Of a stretch of DNA of 64,000 nt, positions 37,501-51,157 are shown in pieces. The position numbers and the translations under genes are program-made. Source of the stretch: Ptychomitrium polyphyllum (lineage: Eukaryota). Where the stretch lies: positions 7,440,001 through 7,504,000 of the forward strand of contig OZ316776.1 in the NCBI GenBank assembly GCA_973851085.1. The letters are read 5' to 3'. Positions within the stretch are counted from its first letter, which is position 1. Every line of letters starts with the position of its first letter. A model generated the notes under the pieces. It was not told the origin of the DNA and searched no databases. It saw only the letters and a list, made by a program, of their open reading frames with translations.

Positions 37501-40500
37501 GAATTGAAGACGAAGGCTCAAATGTGCATGTATAGGTTACATGGGCGCAGCTGGCATGACTGTGGTGGGGATATTGGATGTGTACTCATCAGTTTTTCAA
37601 AAGATTTGAACCCTGTTGGTATGTTGAACTTGAGCATGGATTTTATTGATACTTTTGGGTATAGGCTGTCGCAGATGTTTCAAGAATAGATATTAGGTTA
37701 AGGGCGTCAGACCTCATGCTACTAGATGTGTTCAGCAGTACAGGGTAGAAAATTAGATCATTTTGATTTTCAATTCTGCACTAGCGACATAGTCGATGTG
37801 ACTCTCAAGTAATGTGCATGTCGTACAAATTCGAAGGGTTTCTAGGGATATTGCTCATGTAAGTGAATTCTTGGCTGATCAGTTTTGACATCTGTATCTA
37901 TTTATGATTTGTTTCTATTGTTTCCATATGTATTAGTGTGTTGTAGTTTTGTTCAAATAATTTAGATATTTCACTTACTACTTGCAGCAATTTACAAGGT
38001 CCATGCGCGCAGTGAATGAAGTTTTGTATCTTGTTCTACACTTGAAATGTTGAATTTAAGATATGCTATTGGATACCTTTTCTGGCCCTGGACACTTTTG
38101 GACTGGGATTTCTCATGATGGGGATTTGGTAATTTAACGAGTCTACTATTATCTAATTTATTGAGCTTATGATGGCTTAGGTTGGACCGTATTCTTGGTG
38201 AAGATTATAAACAGCTCTGGTTTGACCTTGAGAAAGCTGCTGAAGAGCGGAAAGAGTACCTCAAACTCCAACCGCCTCAGCCCAGGCACAAACCCCGTCC
38301 AGTACAACGAGAGCTGCACTCAGTATTTATGAGTGAAGGTAATCGGCGTCTTGTAGAGGATATAATCAGAGGTTCAGGCATAAGTGGTGATGTAACGTCT
38401 AGTGCACCTATTGAACAAGATTCAAACGTGGATGAAGAGACATCTTTACATCACTACGAAGGTGCTGCCAGCAGTTGGAAGGACATAACAGAGTCTGAAA
38501 CTAATGCTCAGGAGGCTGAGCAGTCTCACAAGCATGAAAATACTAAGGTGCAAACGAAGTTGATGATACTTGTTACTTACCTTTATTGATGTTTCTTGAA
38601 TTTTTTTGGTATAAGCTTTGTTCTGCTGTTGGCTCAAATTGTGATTTCCTATTAGAGTTTCCTACCTTTTTTGTTATTTTTGAGAATCTGTTGTCTGCAA
38701 GGATTTCGGCTGTTTTGGGCAATTTAGAGAAGGTGTAGGTTTTCATTATTCTGCTGCACACAGGGTGTTGCGGTTAGGGCACCATCTAAGGAAAAGAAAC
38801 CACTGGAACAAAATCCACTGCAGAATTCAACAGAGCTGATGCCCAAAGATCGTTTGAGATCCCAGCTACATCGATTTGGATTTAAGCCTGACCATGTGGA
38901 TGCCGCACTTGCTGAACGTGATGAACTTTCAAGTGCCCTTGATTGGCTGGTTCTACATGTTCCAGAGAATGAGTTGCCCCCAAAATTTGCTGCAGAATCT
39001 TCCAAGATGTCTGTTCAGGTTCTTGTGAGGAGAATGCAAGAGCCCCTCAAGGTACAGAGCACTTTTGCAAGTGTGTCAAGCCAAGGCGTAGCCTACCTGC
39101 AAGAGTATGGGTACTCTAATGTTGAGTGCGTTAGAGCATTGATAGAGGCCGAGGGCGACGAATCAGTGGCTTTGGGAAATTTGTTCAGGAATCTTTTGGG
39201 GAATCGAAGTCATGGTGCAATCAGCAATGAACATGGTGTTTCTTCAGAACTTATTTTGGAGAGTAGAGAAGAAGAGCTTATGGCATTGCAATCCATTTTT
39301 GAAGAGGAGAAAATGACCTTATCAGAAAATTCAATGGTCTTCAAATTTTCCTTGAAAGAGATTGTGGATGCAACCCTGGATATGGAGGTAAGCTAACAGA
39401 TTGGCAGATTCTAGTGGCAGAGGATCGTTTGTTTATGTTATTTGTTTTGTCTAGATTGACGGGAGACGGTTGTTTTTTTCCTCATCTCTTAGTGGTTAAA
39501 GAATCACAAGCAAGAATTTAAGTATTTTATAATGGGTTTGCAGGTGCGGATACCACCAGGATCCCGTTATCCTTACGAGATTCCAATTTTAGGGTTTCGA
39601 AGTAGTGAGTTACCTTGCTCATTTCTGCTGGATCTTACAGAAAAAGTGGGAGAAACAGCTTTGAAATCAACTGGGCCTATGCTGTATGACCTTTTTTCTA
39701 CCGCCACTGAGCTAGCGCAATTGTTACTTCCAAAATATCTGAATCTCGGGGACGATATGGTTATGGGTATTGATGACCCACACAAGGACCAGCTGTCTGA
39801 TCTTGAGCCTGATCATGGATCTAGAGTTTTTGATGAGATAGGCACAAGTAAAACTAACAATTTTAGTGATAATCATAGTGATGAAAGCGCGAACAACCCA
39901 AGGAATCAGTCCAAAGTGTATACACCTCCGGGTCTGCGGAAGCCCCAGGACATACAAGGTGATCAATCGAGCTTCCCACAGGTTGATGATACAGTTAAAG
40001 TCTTAACGAGGAATAGCCGAGCTTCAGGTAGAACGCGCATGAAGTTCAGAGATAGTTATGAGCAGCAGGAACCAGGTGGCGAAGAGCATAAGTTCGATGT
40101 CGCTAATGTTCGAGTAGAAAGTGAGAGGCTGAAAGGCGAGTGGGAAGCATGGCAGAAGTCACGAAGAGACTCAGACCTTCGTGGTGTTAGAGCGAGGCTG
40201 CCAGCGTACAAATTCCGTTCTGAACTTCTGCAAGCTATCAATAGCTCTTTCGTGACCATTGTTTGTGGACAAACTGGATGTGGCAAAAGTACACAGGTGG
40301 TTCTTCTACTTCTAATTCTCTTTGATGTTTTGATTGGAACTTGCAAAGTTTTCCATGTAGTTGAAGTAGATCTCTTAAGGATTGCAGTGTTTTTGTGAAA
40401 TTTTAATTATTTCTCACCAAAATAAATTTGTTTATTGTACAGGTACCTCAATATGTATTGGAGGATTATATTGAGAATAACAAGGGAGGAGAATGCAGTA

Positions 40501-43500
40501 TTATTTGCACACAGCCTAGAAGGATTTCAGCCATTGGTTTGGCAGATCGAGTATCAAAGGAAAGAGGCCAGGCAGTTGGCATAAGTGTGAGTTTGCAATC
40601 TCCCAATATCTAAGGTCACTGTCTTTAGGTGTCAATCATATGCATGACTGTTCTGCAATAAAAGTGCCCGAGTAATAAATAACGAGATTATTGGTGTTGT
40701 GAGGGGTTCGTTGGCATCAGTTGTCAGTTACAAACGTTACATCGAAGATGAATCAACCTAATCATCTCATGTTCTTAATTTGTCCAGGTGGGTTACTCAG
40801 TTCGATTGGACAGCTGTCGATCAAATCGAACCAGGCTTCTCTTCTGTACAACTGGAATTCTTCTTCGACGGTTGCTATCGGATCCCAAACTGATCGGTGT
40901 AACCCATGTGATAGTTGATGAGGTGCATGAACGCTCGTTGGAAAGTGATCTTTTGCTTCTCTTCCTTCGGTCGTTTCTGTGCAGGTAGTTGGGTCTCAAC
41001 CTTGATATCATTGCTTGAGTCGCTGACACAAATCACCTCATTTTCTTTAACTTCATGTTGGCTCACAGAAAATGTAGTTCATGGTTTGATGATGATCTAT
41101 CACGTGGGCATCCGAGCAATACCATGGGTTGATGAATCAAGTTCTTACTGATCTGTGTGGTCATGTGGGATGAATGATATCCGCTTGCGCCCTTCTCGAG
41201 GAAAAGATCGGTGGCTTTAGGAATCGATTGCTCTGATTCTCAACAAGGATTAATTGTTCTGTGGCAGTGCAGCTAATCGCTACTATCTTTGTGAAGGAGT
41301 TGTAAACATCTACCCTCGTGAACTATTTCATGGGATTGTGGTTGTTTGCGGAAATCAGTTTCCTCACACTACCTCAAGAATCTAATTACTTTGCTGTTTT
41401 GGATGTAACATGAAGGTCGGAGAACACTCTTCGCGTGATACTGATGTCAGCTACAGTAGATGCTGGCCTATTTGCCAACTACTTCAGAAGAAATAGGGAT
41501 CACGTACCTCCTGTGATGAATATTCCTGGTTTTACGTTCCCGGTCCGAGAGCTTTACTTAGAGGATGTGTTTGAATTGACTGGTTACCGTGTTGGGCGAA
41601 ATTCGCGCTACGCCTTGCGTAAGAAGGCATTACAGGAAGCAACCTCCTTTGTTTCAGCTTCGAAACCTCATATTCAGGGGACTTCTATTCTGACAGGAGA
41701 CCTAGACAACTGGGAAGATGGGCTGGAAGAAGTATCAGATTTCCTTGGTATTGAATCGTATAATGAGAGCACTCATCAATCTTTGAAGACAGTAGATCAA
41801 AATATTATCAACTTTGAGCTGATAGAAGCTTTGATATGCTCTATACTTCAGCAAGAGGTTGATCCTTCAATAAAGTATGGGAATTTAACAGCTTCGGAAG
41901 AAGAGACTGAGAGTCGAAACTGTAGGATTGTGCCATCAATTAGTGGGCAGCAGGATTTTGTTGGTGCTATACTTATTTTTCTTCCTGGTATGGTGGAAAT
42001 TCGTAAATTGCAACACCGTCTAGAGTCATCGCATCAGATTTCGGCACTGGGGCTAGGGGGACTATGGGTTTTGGCCTTACATGGTTCTCTGGGTCGGGAG
42101 GAGCAAAAGCGTGTGTTCAAGAAGCCTCCTTCTGGGGTTCGGAAAGTTGTTTTGGCCACGAATATTGCTGAGACCAGTATTACCATCGATGATGTTGTGT
42201 AAGCTCTCTGTCATTCTTTCTTATGAGGAACTGTGTTTGAGAAAGGATATATAATCTGACGACTGTACGACCTGATCATTGATTGTTTGTATCGATGTTT
42301 AAAATCCTTTCCTACGCTGCATCTGTCCTGGTTATAAATCTCAGTATGTCATATGAATTCTGTCATATTGACCTTAACCAGGTACGTGATTGATAGCGGG
42401 CGGCATAAGGAAATGAGTTATGATCATAACAGAGGGCTTTCTTGTTTGAGAGAGACATGGGTTTCTAAAGCCAATGCAAAGCAGAGACGTGGACGCGCAG
42501 GAAGGGTTCGCCCTGGCTGCTGCTTCCGTCTGTTTAGCCGTCAACAGTTTGAAAAGTTTGATGAACAGCAACTTCCAGAAATGCTTCGTGTTCCCTTGGA
42601 AGGCTTATGTTTGAGGGTAAAGCCTCTACAGACCCTTGTTTAGGCTTGGTCACAACAACTTATTATTGTTTCTTTATAGCGTTATTGTTTCAGAAATGAC
42701 GGAAACTCATCCCTTGTTGCATCTCTTTGATGTTTGTGGTGAATAATATGTTTTTAATTGCTTACTGATCTAGTAGGCTTTGATGTCTTTACGTTCTGAA
42801 CTTGTCGTGATTTCTGTGTTTTTTCCATGACTGTTGCAGGTAAAGACATTATCTGAAGGAAAAGTAATGGAGGTAGTTTCTCACATGTTGAGCCCTCCAT
42901 CTTTCGAAGCGGTTAGCACGTCTTTGAAAAGCTTAGAAGATTTGAATGCCCTCGACAAATCAGAGAGGCTGACGCCACTAGGCCAACATTTGGCCCGTAT
43001 GCCTGTGGATGCAAGGGTTGGCAAGATGTTAATATTCGGTTGCATGTTGAAGTGTCTTGATCCGGTTCTTACAATCGCTGCTTCTTTAAGTGACCGATCG
43101 CCGTTCATGTCACCCTTGGAGAAACGCGAAGAAGCCGCAGCTGCAAGAATGAAACTGGCAGGAAGCAGTAAGAGTGATCACATGGCAATAGTAGCTGCTT
43201 ACAATGGATGGGCGAGCGCAAAGAGTGAAGGGTGGTCCGCAGAAAATGAGTATTGCCTAGTTAATTTCTTGTCGAGGGAAACGCTAACTGGAATTGAAGC
43301 AAGCCGAGCTGATTATCTCAAAATACTGGTGGATCTTGGATTTTTACCAACTGTCGCAGACTACAACGCTTCAAGGGGTCACCTAAACGTGAACGCAAAC
43401 AGTGTCCGTGTAGTGAAAGCCTTAATTTGTGCGGGATTTTATCCAAATATTGTACGCGTACTTCACCCTGAAAAAGCCTACGTGCAAACAGAAGGAGGAA

Positions 43501-43916
43501 CTATGGTGAAAACTGCTGCTGCTCACGAGCTCCGATTCTTCACCAAAGAAGATGGTCGCGTGTTTCTACATCCAGCAAGCGTGAACTTCTCTACTGGCAT
43601 CTTCCAGAGCCCCTGGCTTGTTTACTCAGAGAAAGTGAAGACATCCAAGGTTTATCTTCGGGAAAGTACAATGATACCTTCGTATGCTCTCCTCCTCTTC
43701 GGCGGTGAAATCAGAGTGAAGCACGAGCGGCAAGCAATCAGTGTCGACGACTGGCTGCAGTTTGAAGCCCCTGCTCGGATTGCAGTTCTGATTCGTGAGC
43801 TGCGACTCAAAGTTGATTTAATACTTCTCGACAAAATCCAGCAGCCGTCGGTAGATATCTCATCCAGTCCGGTTGTGACAGCTTTGATTCGATTACTCAC
43901 CACCGACGGATTCTAA
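34579..43916 (+). CDS. DEAH/RHA (DExH) RNA helicase, DHX57/DHX29-like, 11 exons, ~1569 aa
   Basis: Exons 34579-34680, 35448-35708, 35978-36144, 38181-38547, 38764-39387, 39544-40296, 40443-40586, 40788-40984, 41416-42198, 42382-42616 and 42840-43916 sum to 4710 nt. Core motifs [49 protein letters not shown], plus an HA2/OB tail. N-terminal C2H2, dsRBD-like ([11 protein letters not shown]), UBA-like ([15 protein letters not shown]) and RWD-like ([18 protein letters not shown]) segments. Confidence 0.92.
36550..37430. other. AT-rich insertion-like block within the ~2-kb helicase intron 3
   Basis: Marked GC drop relative to the flanking intron sequence; this intron (36145-38180) is much longer than the gene's other introns. 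Confidence 0.35.
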
Positions 43917-45317
43917 CTCTTGTAAATTTTTTCCATGGTGTGCAAGCCCAGGCTCTATACTTTAGACCCCCTAGAGGGAGCTACATACTCTTGAAACACA
44001 AGTGTATATTGTTTTAGTTGTTTGTATTTGTTCTGAATTGGCCAAGAATTTGGCTTATTGACTAGCATTTTTTCATGAATTCTGATTGTACTAGTAGGTG
44101 TCTCTTTGTAAAACATTAAAATTTTCGACGTGTGTCAGATTTATTTAGAATTGCAAATATGGCAAGATCTCTTGGAATGGAGCTTTTTTGGTATATGATT
44201 TTGGGTTGGTTGAGCACAAGGTTATGTTTAAGTTTTTAATCCAAGCTCTAATTTTTTTGGTGGATTGGCTTATTTGATCCACACCAAAGCAAGCAACAAG
44301 GATGTGAAGAAATGATAAGAACATTTGATATCTAATATTTTAGTAAGTATAATGTATTTTGGTGGGGTCAAATACAGATACCAAAGTATATTCAAAGTAT
44401 ATAAGGTTAGCTTCTATATACATCATTCAGTGATAAAAACTACATTTACCATACAAAGAAGTGTCATCATGAAATATAGACTCTTAAGAGGACATGATTC
44501 TGTTCAAAAGTATACAACCTAACCTCAAACTAATTTTATTACGAATGATAATAAATTCCTATTACAATACGTAGTTGTCTTTCCATCTTCTACAAAATAT
44601 AATATGTATTGTAAAGTGCATATAATATTTGAGTCAAATACACAAAAACCCTCCTTCTATAAGCCACCAAATTCACATAAATCACATTAATTTTATATTG
44701 GAAAATATCATAATTTCTTTTTAAATACTTCATACCACTGAGCTACAAAGGCAAACAAGATTCCGCCTCTAGCACTTATTGCTTCTACAGGTGAAAGCTC
44801 CATCATCATCATTCAGCCTCAAGCAAGGCTAACAATTCAATTAACCATCATCACTTGCTCCTTCGTTGACGCTTAAAAAACTGAACACGTAACAGATACT
44901 GAACAAGGTGGCCTAGCAGAGCAGCTCGTATCACTAGTTACCGCATACCCATGTCCTACAAGCATCGCAGGCTTGCAAATCAGGAAGTGGAATCTGTTAA
45001 ATTCAGCAAATGGATCCAACTTCAACCAAGATGATCAGTTTTCTGAAAAACAACCTCAGCTAGTTATCATTTAAAACCATATATATCTTCGCCATAGTAG
45101 TCCTACACTACAATAGATAGAATTTCCAGTGTGGGGTGTTTAGCCACAACCGAACTACCTAACTGGCCGCCAAGATACCTCACTTTCAGAGAATTGCAGA
45201 CATTGCACTACCTCTTGTTCAACCCAAACAGGGTTGCTTGTACAAAATTACATATGCTCCACCCAGAAATAACTCTATCGATTACCCTCAGAAACTAAGA
45301 TGTATCGAGGATGTGGA

Positions 45318-48300
45318 TCATGGCCGATTCACAAGAGGCTTCACTTTGTATATACGCACAATCCAATTTGCAGTTGTAAAAGCCTCTTCAACATGCTTCA
45401 ACTCGATGTCCTTGTTCCCAATCTCAACACCTCGAGCACGATCAAATCTGCAATGATGTCGTTCATGATATTTGCAGCATGAAAAAACTTGTAATGAAGA
45501 CACCAAGCATACAACAGCTTAGGGTATATCATACTAAACACACGAGGTGGATTTACAAATTAACAAAATATATAAGTGGTTACCATTCCATAAAGAGTAG
45601 AGGACCTACCCGGTGGGTCTGTTGTGATCTGTATGCAATTCTCCAAACCTGTAGTAACAGAGCTTGTACCTGCCCAGAAACCACAAACAGCGTCTCAGAT
45701 TTATAAAGTTCTATTCAAATATTGGACAGAAATTCCCAGAAACTATCAAGATAAATGTCTTCCAATAAGTTGAGTATTCAGAGGAAGGCAATGGGATTAG
45801 TGACGCAGACAGGAATGGGATACTCCAAGAGCATCTCGAATAACTTAATTTTGTTGAAATCACCGAGAACTTTTAAAGATGCACAAACCATGTAGAGAAA
45901 AAGTCACGTACATTAGGCTTTGGAGCATTTTGGGCGCTGCGTCCTTGTCTATACGGTATTCGCCGTTGTTGAGGTAGTCAGCCTCTTGTATCACAGGAAA
46001 CACACCAGATCCAATTCGAACCATCCAAAGAAATCTGAAAAAACATCGAAACAACGCAAAGAAGTTTTCAATGAGTATCTTGACCTGATCCTGACATACT
46101 CTATGGCTACCGCATGGACATGCAGTGAAACAAAGTAAAAGCAATGAGCACATATCATTGCTGTTCAAAATAATGTGATAGGTCACACATATAAGTTTTA
46201 CAGCAAGGTTCATATGAGACAGCCAGGTTCCAGTTTTCTTACTTGTTTATATCGTCAGAAGAATAGCCTGTTACACCCCCAAAAACCACGAGCACATAGT
46301 CGACATCCAGCTGTCTCATTATGTCATATGCATCATCCTCATTTGAAGCCATGGCACGCCCTACAGTGGCAATATGAGTGTTGTTCCATGTGTTGTTGTC
46401 CACGATCACTGTTCGGTTGCCCATGGCTGTAATCTGATAACCATAATCCCACCAGGACATGACCTTGGCATTATGAGGTGTGTTGTGCTGTAGCCAAAAG
46501 TAAGCCTCCCGAAAATCATCAAAGATCACACGATCGCCATTAGATTGACGTGCTGCCAGCACGATTGATGGTGAGGAGTAGGCCTCTGAAGTGACCCAAG
46601 TACAGTGAAACCCAAAGTTGATCAACATGTACAGAGCGCCCAGTAGCAACAAAAAGGAGCCTTCTTTCTGGAACGGTAAGGGCTGGTCCGCACCAGTCTG
46701 CAATGCAAATTGCTCCAAAAGCATGAGTAGCAAGGCTTAGGAACAAAGAAAAAAACAAGCTCACAGCTCATTTGACATTGATTTGGACAACTCACTGTTA
46801 AGCGTAGTTAAACAGTTCACAGGTGATGTAATAACCTCCTATCAACGAAAGTAGTGACATGCAAATATATTCAACAAGGTAATAACATACCAAATGCATT
46901 TCTAAACAATCATGAAATTACACAATAGTTGATGAGACCAATTTCAGAAGAGAAGATCTTTAGGTCCAGAGATATGATGAGCAGCACCTTAGCGGAAGCT
47001 TTTTGCTTGGCTGTGATCTTAGTGGAAGAGTATACAGGGGCCTTCTCCCTTGATAGCAGAGAGAAATTCTTCAGCGTAGCTGATACTGCAATGGCACTTA
47101 TCAAGCAGACAGCTGGAGTGGCCACCAGAATGAGCCGCACCATAACCCCCGCAAAGTACAAGCTTGTCATGCCATAGATGATGATAAAAATTGTTCCATC
47201 AGTCAAGTTCTTGAAACAGAAGTAAAGACCGGCTGGGAAGAGGATCAAGAGAACATGGAAGTCAAACATGAAAGATGACCATGCAGTTGGTTGATGCTCC
47301 GACACTGAAGCGATAATAGGAATGTGGATCTTGGCGTAGGTTGGATCCAAAAGCGAGTAAAATCGCCCTGTCCACGGAGAGATGTATCCTGTAGCCAAAC
47401 CCACTATCAATGCCAATGCTCCCGTACCAGCTGCCAGTGTGACTGTAACCCTTAGAAAGGCCTTGAATAGTTTGGGGTCACCGAGCTGTTTCTTCACATA
47501 TTCAACAAGGTAAAATACCTGCAATAATATCACTTTTAGTAACAAGATCCACCTACTTACAAGCGCTAAACGAGTAAGCCATCAAGTCAGTTAACCACAA
47601 AATGATAACACATAGATGAATCTTCTGCTCTAAGAAGCTGACTGGTCTCTCGCTATCTAAATTTGACATGACCTAGGAGTAACAGGACACTAACCCTAGA
47701 AACTATTAAACTGACGAATTCTTTGCCTTAATATGACCTGAATATTGTGCTCCAAGCACTGGTATGTAGCCTCTAAGAAGCGAATGGAAGTGCGCTCAGC
47801 ATAGCTAATCAGATGCTATACCTGCAATAACCAATATTTAAGTAGGATTTTTACTCTTATTATGGATCAGTTAATGCTGCCAAAGAACTCTCTGTTCTAA
47901 GTCGAATAGCAAACCTCAAGAGTGAAACCCAAGGGTGAAAATCATAATGTTCTTCAACCCAAAAAAACCAAGGAGCTCCATTATGCGCTCCTCAAGGACA
48001 ACAAAGCCGAGGCATTTATCAATGAAGGAAGATAGAGTAAAAAGAGAAAGTATGGAACTCTTGCCTGCATTAAGAAGAACACTCCCATAGCAGCCATGTG
48101 CTCCCCGGACTGTACATGCTGGTAGCCAACAAATCTAATTTGCATCGCCAGTAGCATACCTATGATATACACAGTGTTGTAAGCAATGTACAGACGGAGG
48201 GAGTATCGCCCAGTTACCAATAGCACCAAGACATAGATGGGTAGGAGATTAATAATGAAAATGTAGCCACCCCATGCCGACACCATGTAGAAGTACCCAA

Positions 48301-49015
48301 AGGCCGAAGCAAGCGACCACGCCAACGACCCCGTGTTCACAGCCTTCACAAAGAGATAAAACGTAAGCAAGAGAGCGAAAATCGCCACTGCCTCGTTATC
48401 ATACGATCCCGCCACGGAGCGCGAAATGTAACCAGGGCAAATGGCCAGCAATATGGCAGCCACAAGCCCCGTACCCCGATCCCGGAGCTCGGTGCCGAAG
48501 AAATACGCCACCATGGCGGTGTTGGACGCAAAGAAGGGCGCCGTGAGAACGCACACATCCTTGATATGCACCGCGAGGCTGAAGAACCGCAGCGTCCAGT
48601 AGATGAGCGCAGCCGTAACCATCAGCCCCGGGTACAACGTCCCGCCCACAATGCGGCCCAGCGGATACCAGCTCTCGTAATCAAACCAGTTCCAAAACTC
48701 GTAGAAGCCCTTCTCCGTCAAGTACAGCGTGGTGCGGTAATTAAAGTACGGGTCGAACTCGTGGATCACACTCTCATAACGCAACACACTAAACAACCGA
48801 CACGCGAACGCCAGAATGTAAATCAGCACCAGCACCGCAATGCGAATCAGCAGCTCCTGCTGCTTCGTCTTCAGCTTGAAATTCTTGACCGACACCCACA
48901 ACGAATCCCACTTCGCTGCGTTCATCGTTGGCACTATGGACGTTGTAAGTGATGAGGGTGTTGCTATTGCCTTCACGGATTGCCCGTTAGGCGTCTCCTT
49001 CACGGCGGATGCCAT
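45318..49015 (-). CDS. STT3B: Oligosaccharyltransferase catalytic subunit STT3 (STT3B-like), 6 exons, ~749 aa
   Basis: Exons 49015-48065, 47518-46988, 46697-46243, 46034-45912, 45669-45610 and 45447-45318 sum to 2250 nt. Motifs [44 protein letters not shown] and DINKFLWMVRI. Intron 1 is GC-AG. The B-versus-A assignment rests on recalled plant sequence similarity. Confidence 0.95.
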
Positions 49016-51157
49016 CGCTGGAGCTGGCTATGGCGACGAAGCCGAGCTTCCCTCTTCGTCCCTCTACTTCTCCCCAGCTCTCTCGAACGTGCCCTTACCC
49101 TAGCTTCCGAGCCTCCCCCGAACCTTTCCCCAGCCTCTCCATTTGTCATCTCGCCAATGCGAGCCTCCCCCAAACCTGTCCCTCCTCCGACCTCGGCATA
49201 CTTCTATTCTAGTCTCCGACCAGCACCAAGCCTTAGCCATGTTGAGAGGAGACAAACATTTTTGTTCGTGTGTTTGCCGGACTCTGTGATGGCTTAAATG
49301 ATATTCTTGGAGCTCGTTGTAGAGCTTACTGGAGTGTTTAGGGGATGTGATTCAATATAGTTTTGAAGGTCATTCTGGGGTGTTGGTTTCCGTGTGGGGC
49401 TTTTGTTGTTGCGGGGTTTAGAAGTTCTAGGTTTAGAACTGTGTGGGCGTTTTGTGGTTAGAGTTTCTTCTTCTTTTCAGCAATGTGGGTGTGGCGGTGC
49501 GTCTGTCTTATGCTTTTGGGATTCTCTTGTCAGTTTTTTCTCTTTTGTGACGGTGCTGGAGTAGGTGCTAGTTCTCGTCTGGTAAGGAGGCGAATGTTGT
49601 TAGTGAGCTGAAGTGAAGGGCTCCATAGATAGTTCCGTTGGATGTGGGTGTGACGACAGAGTAGATTTTGAACTTCAACAAAGTATGAGTTACAATGCAT
49701 GTCAAGCCATGGAAATGATTCTGATGTTGTAGATCATGTTGCAGAAATTAGTTCAAATCTAGTGGAGAGTCGAGTCCACAGGTTCGTGCCAAGCAGTAGG
49801 CTTCGTGTGCACGCGAATTTCGTACGCAGAACTGCTATATCACAGATGATTTATCATTTCTGTTGTGGGTCAAAGAATAGCATTGACGGCAGTCTCAAGG
49901 ACACGGCCATTCCTAAGGCTATCTGCTACAGAATACAGTAAGAATAGAGTCCCTCTAATGACAAAGCAGAACGAGCTTAATCACTCTCCTGGTTACCTCA
50001 CCACATTTAGGATGTAGGTCAACACAAGGTATATGGAACTTTAGAACGAAGATGATGGACAAAAAATCAATCAATCAATCAAGCAACAACAATGTCTTGG
50101 ATCGCCTATGCTAGCAATTCATATTTTGAGATATGCCAATGCTAACGTTCACTACACACTTCATCGAAAATGGAGAAATGATTATACTGAAGCTAAGCAA
50201 TGATTTTCGCCCTTTGGCTACGCCTCTAGTAAGGCTTCGTCATACGAGCGGAGCTCGAAACCCCTCCATCCCCACATTAACAACATGCAGATTTGGAGAA
50301 AATAGTGTTCATCAAAATCATGGCTGAAAGATGCAGGCTGCGAAGTGCAGTCCTTTGTCTTGATCAATTTCAGTAGAAACAGATGTGCAGAAGAGATACG
50401 CTTTCGTTTCGAGTCCAGCACGAGTGTCTTACAATTTGGAACTCCTTCCGTAATAACTATGATCTTCCACAACACTATGCAATTTACACTGAAAAGTCAA
50501 CTAGTCTGCCTTCGCTCCGGCATTTGTTGCTAGCTTATACTATGGCATCCACAACGTCGTTAACAATGCAGGGACTCGCAAAGCACTGTTGGCTGTTGCA
50601 CCTTGCAGCACTTCCACTGATGTACGCAAAGACTCATTCGTACAATTAGTTCAAAGCCCCTGCAAACTCTGATCGAGGGTCATCGTATATTACAAAATAT
50701 AAGGCGGTGGTCCTGCTTAGGGCATCTATATAATTTCGACCCAGTGAATCCATCAAACGCAGACTACTGGATACTCAGCTTATATTATACCAGTACAGGT
50801 ATGGTTTCACTAGGCCCTATCAAATATGATACATTTGTTTACAGTTTATCCTAGAGACCAAATCCTACCATCACAAAATCCAAAACCGAGTGGAAGTACC
50901 TATGATCTTCAGAGACTAATCACAACTGACGCCAATTCAAATTAACACAAGCATACATAACAAAGACCTTCATTCTTGGACAGTCTAGACACGTCTAACA
51001 ACAACCACAAATGATTAAAAAAGACTTTCCCAGGGTCGAATGTTTTTGCTACAGTGTTTGTACAGAGCCCTGAGGTGATTTTGATATAGTTTGATCCATG
51101 TCGGTAAAACTTGGAGCACGATAATGGTGTCGTCCCTTTGGTTGTTCCAAAGGCAGC

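Noticed and set aside
42369..42381. CCTTAAC U12-like branch motif in helicase intron 9
   Set aside because: The donor is GTAAGC (U2-type) and the motif abuts the AG, too close for a U12 branch site.
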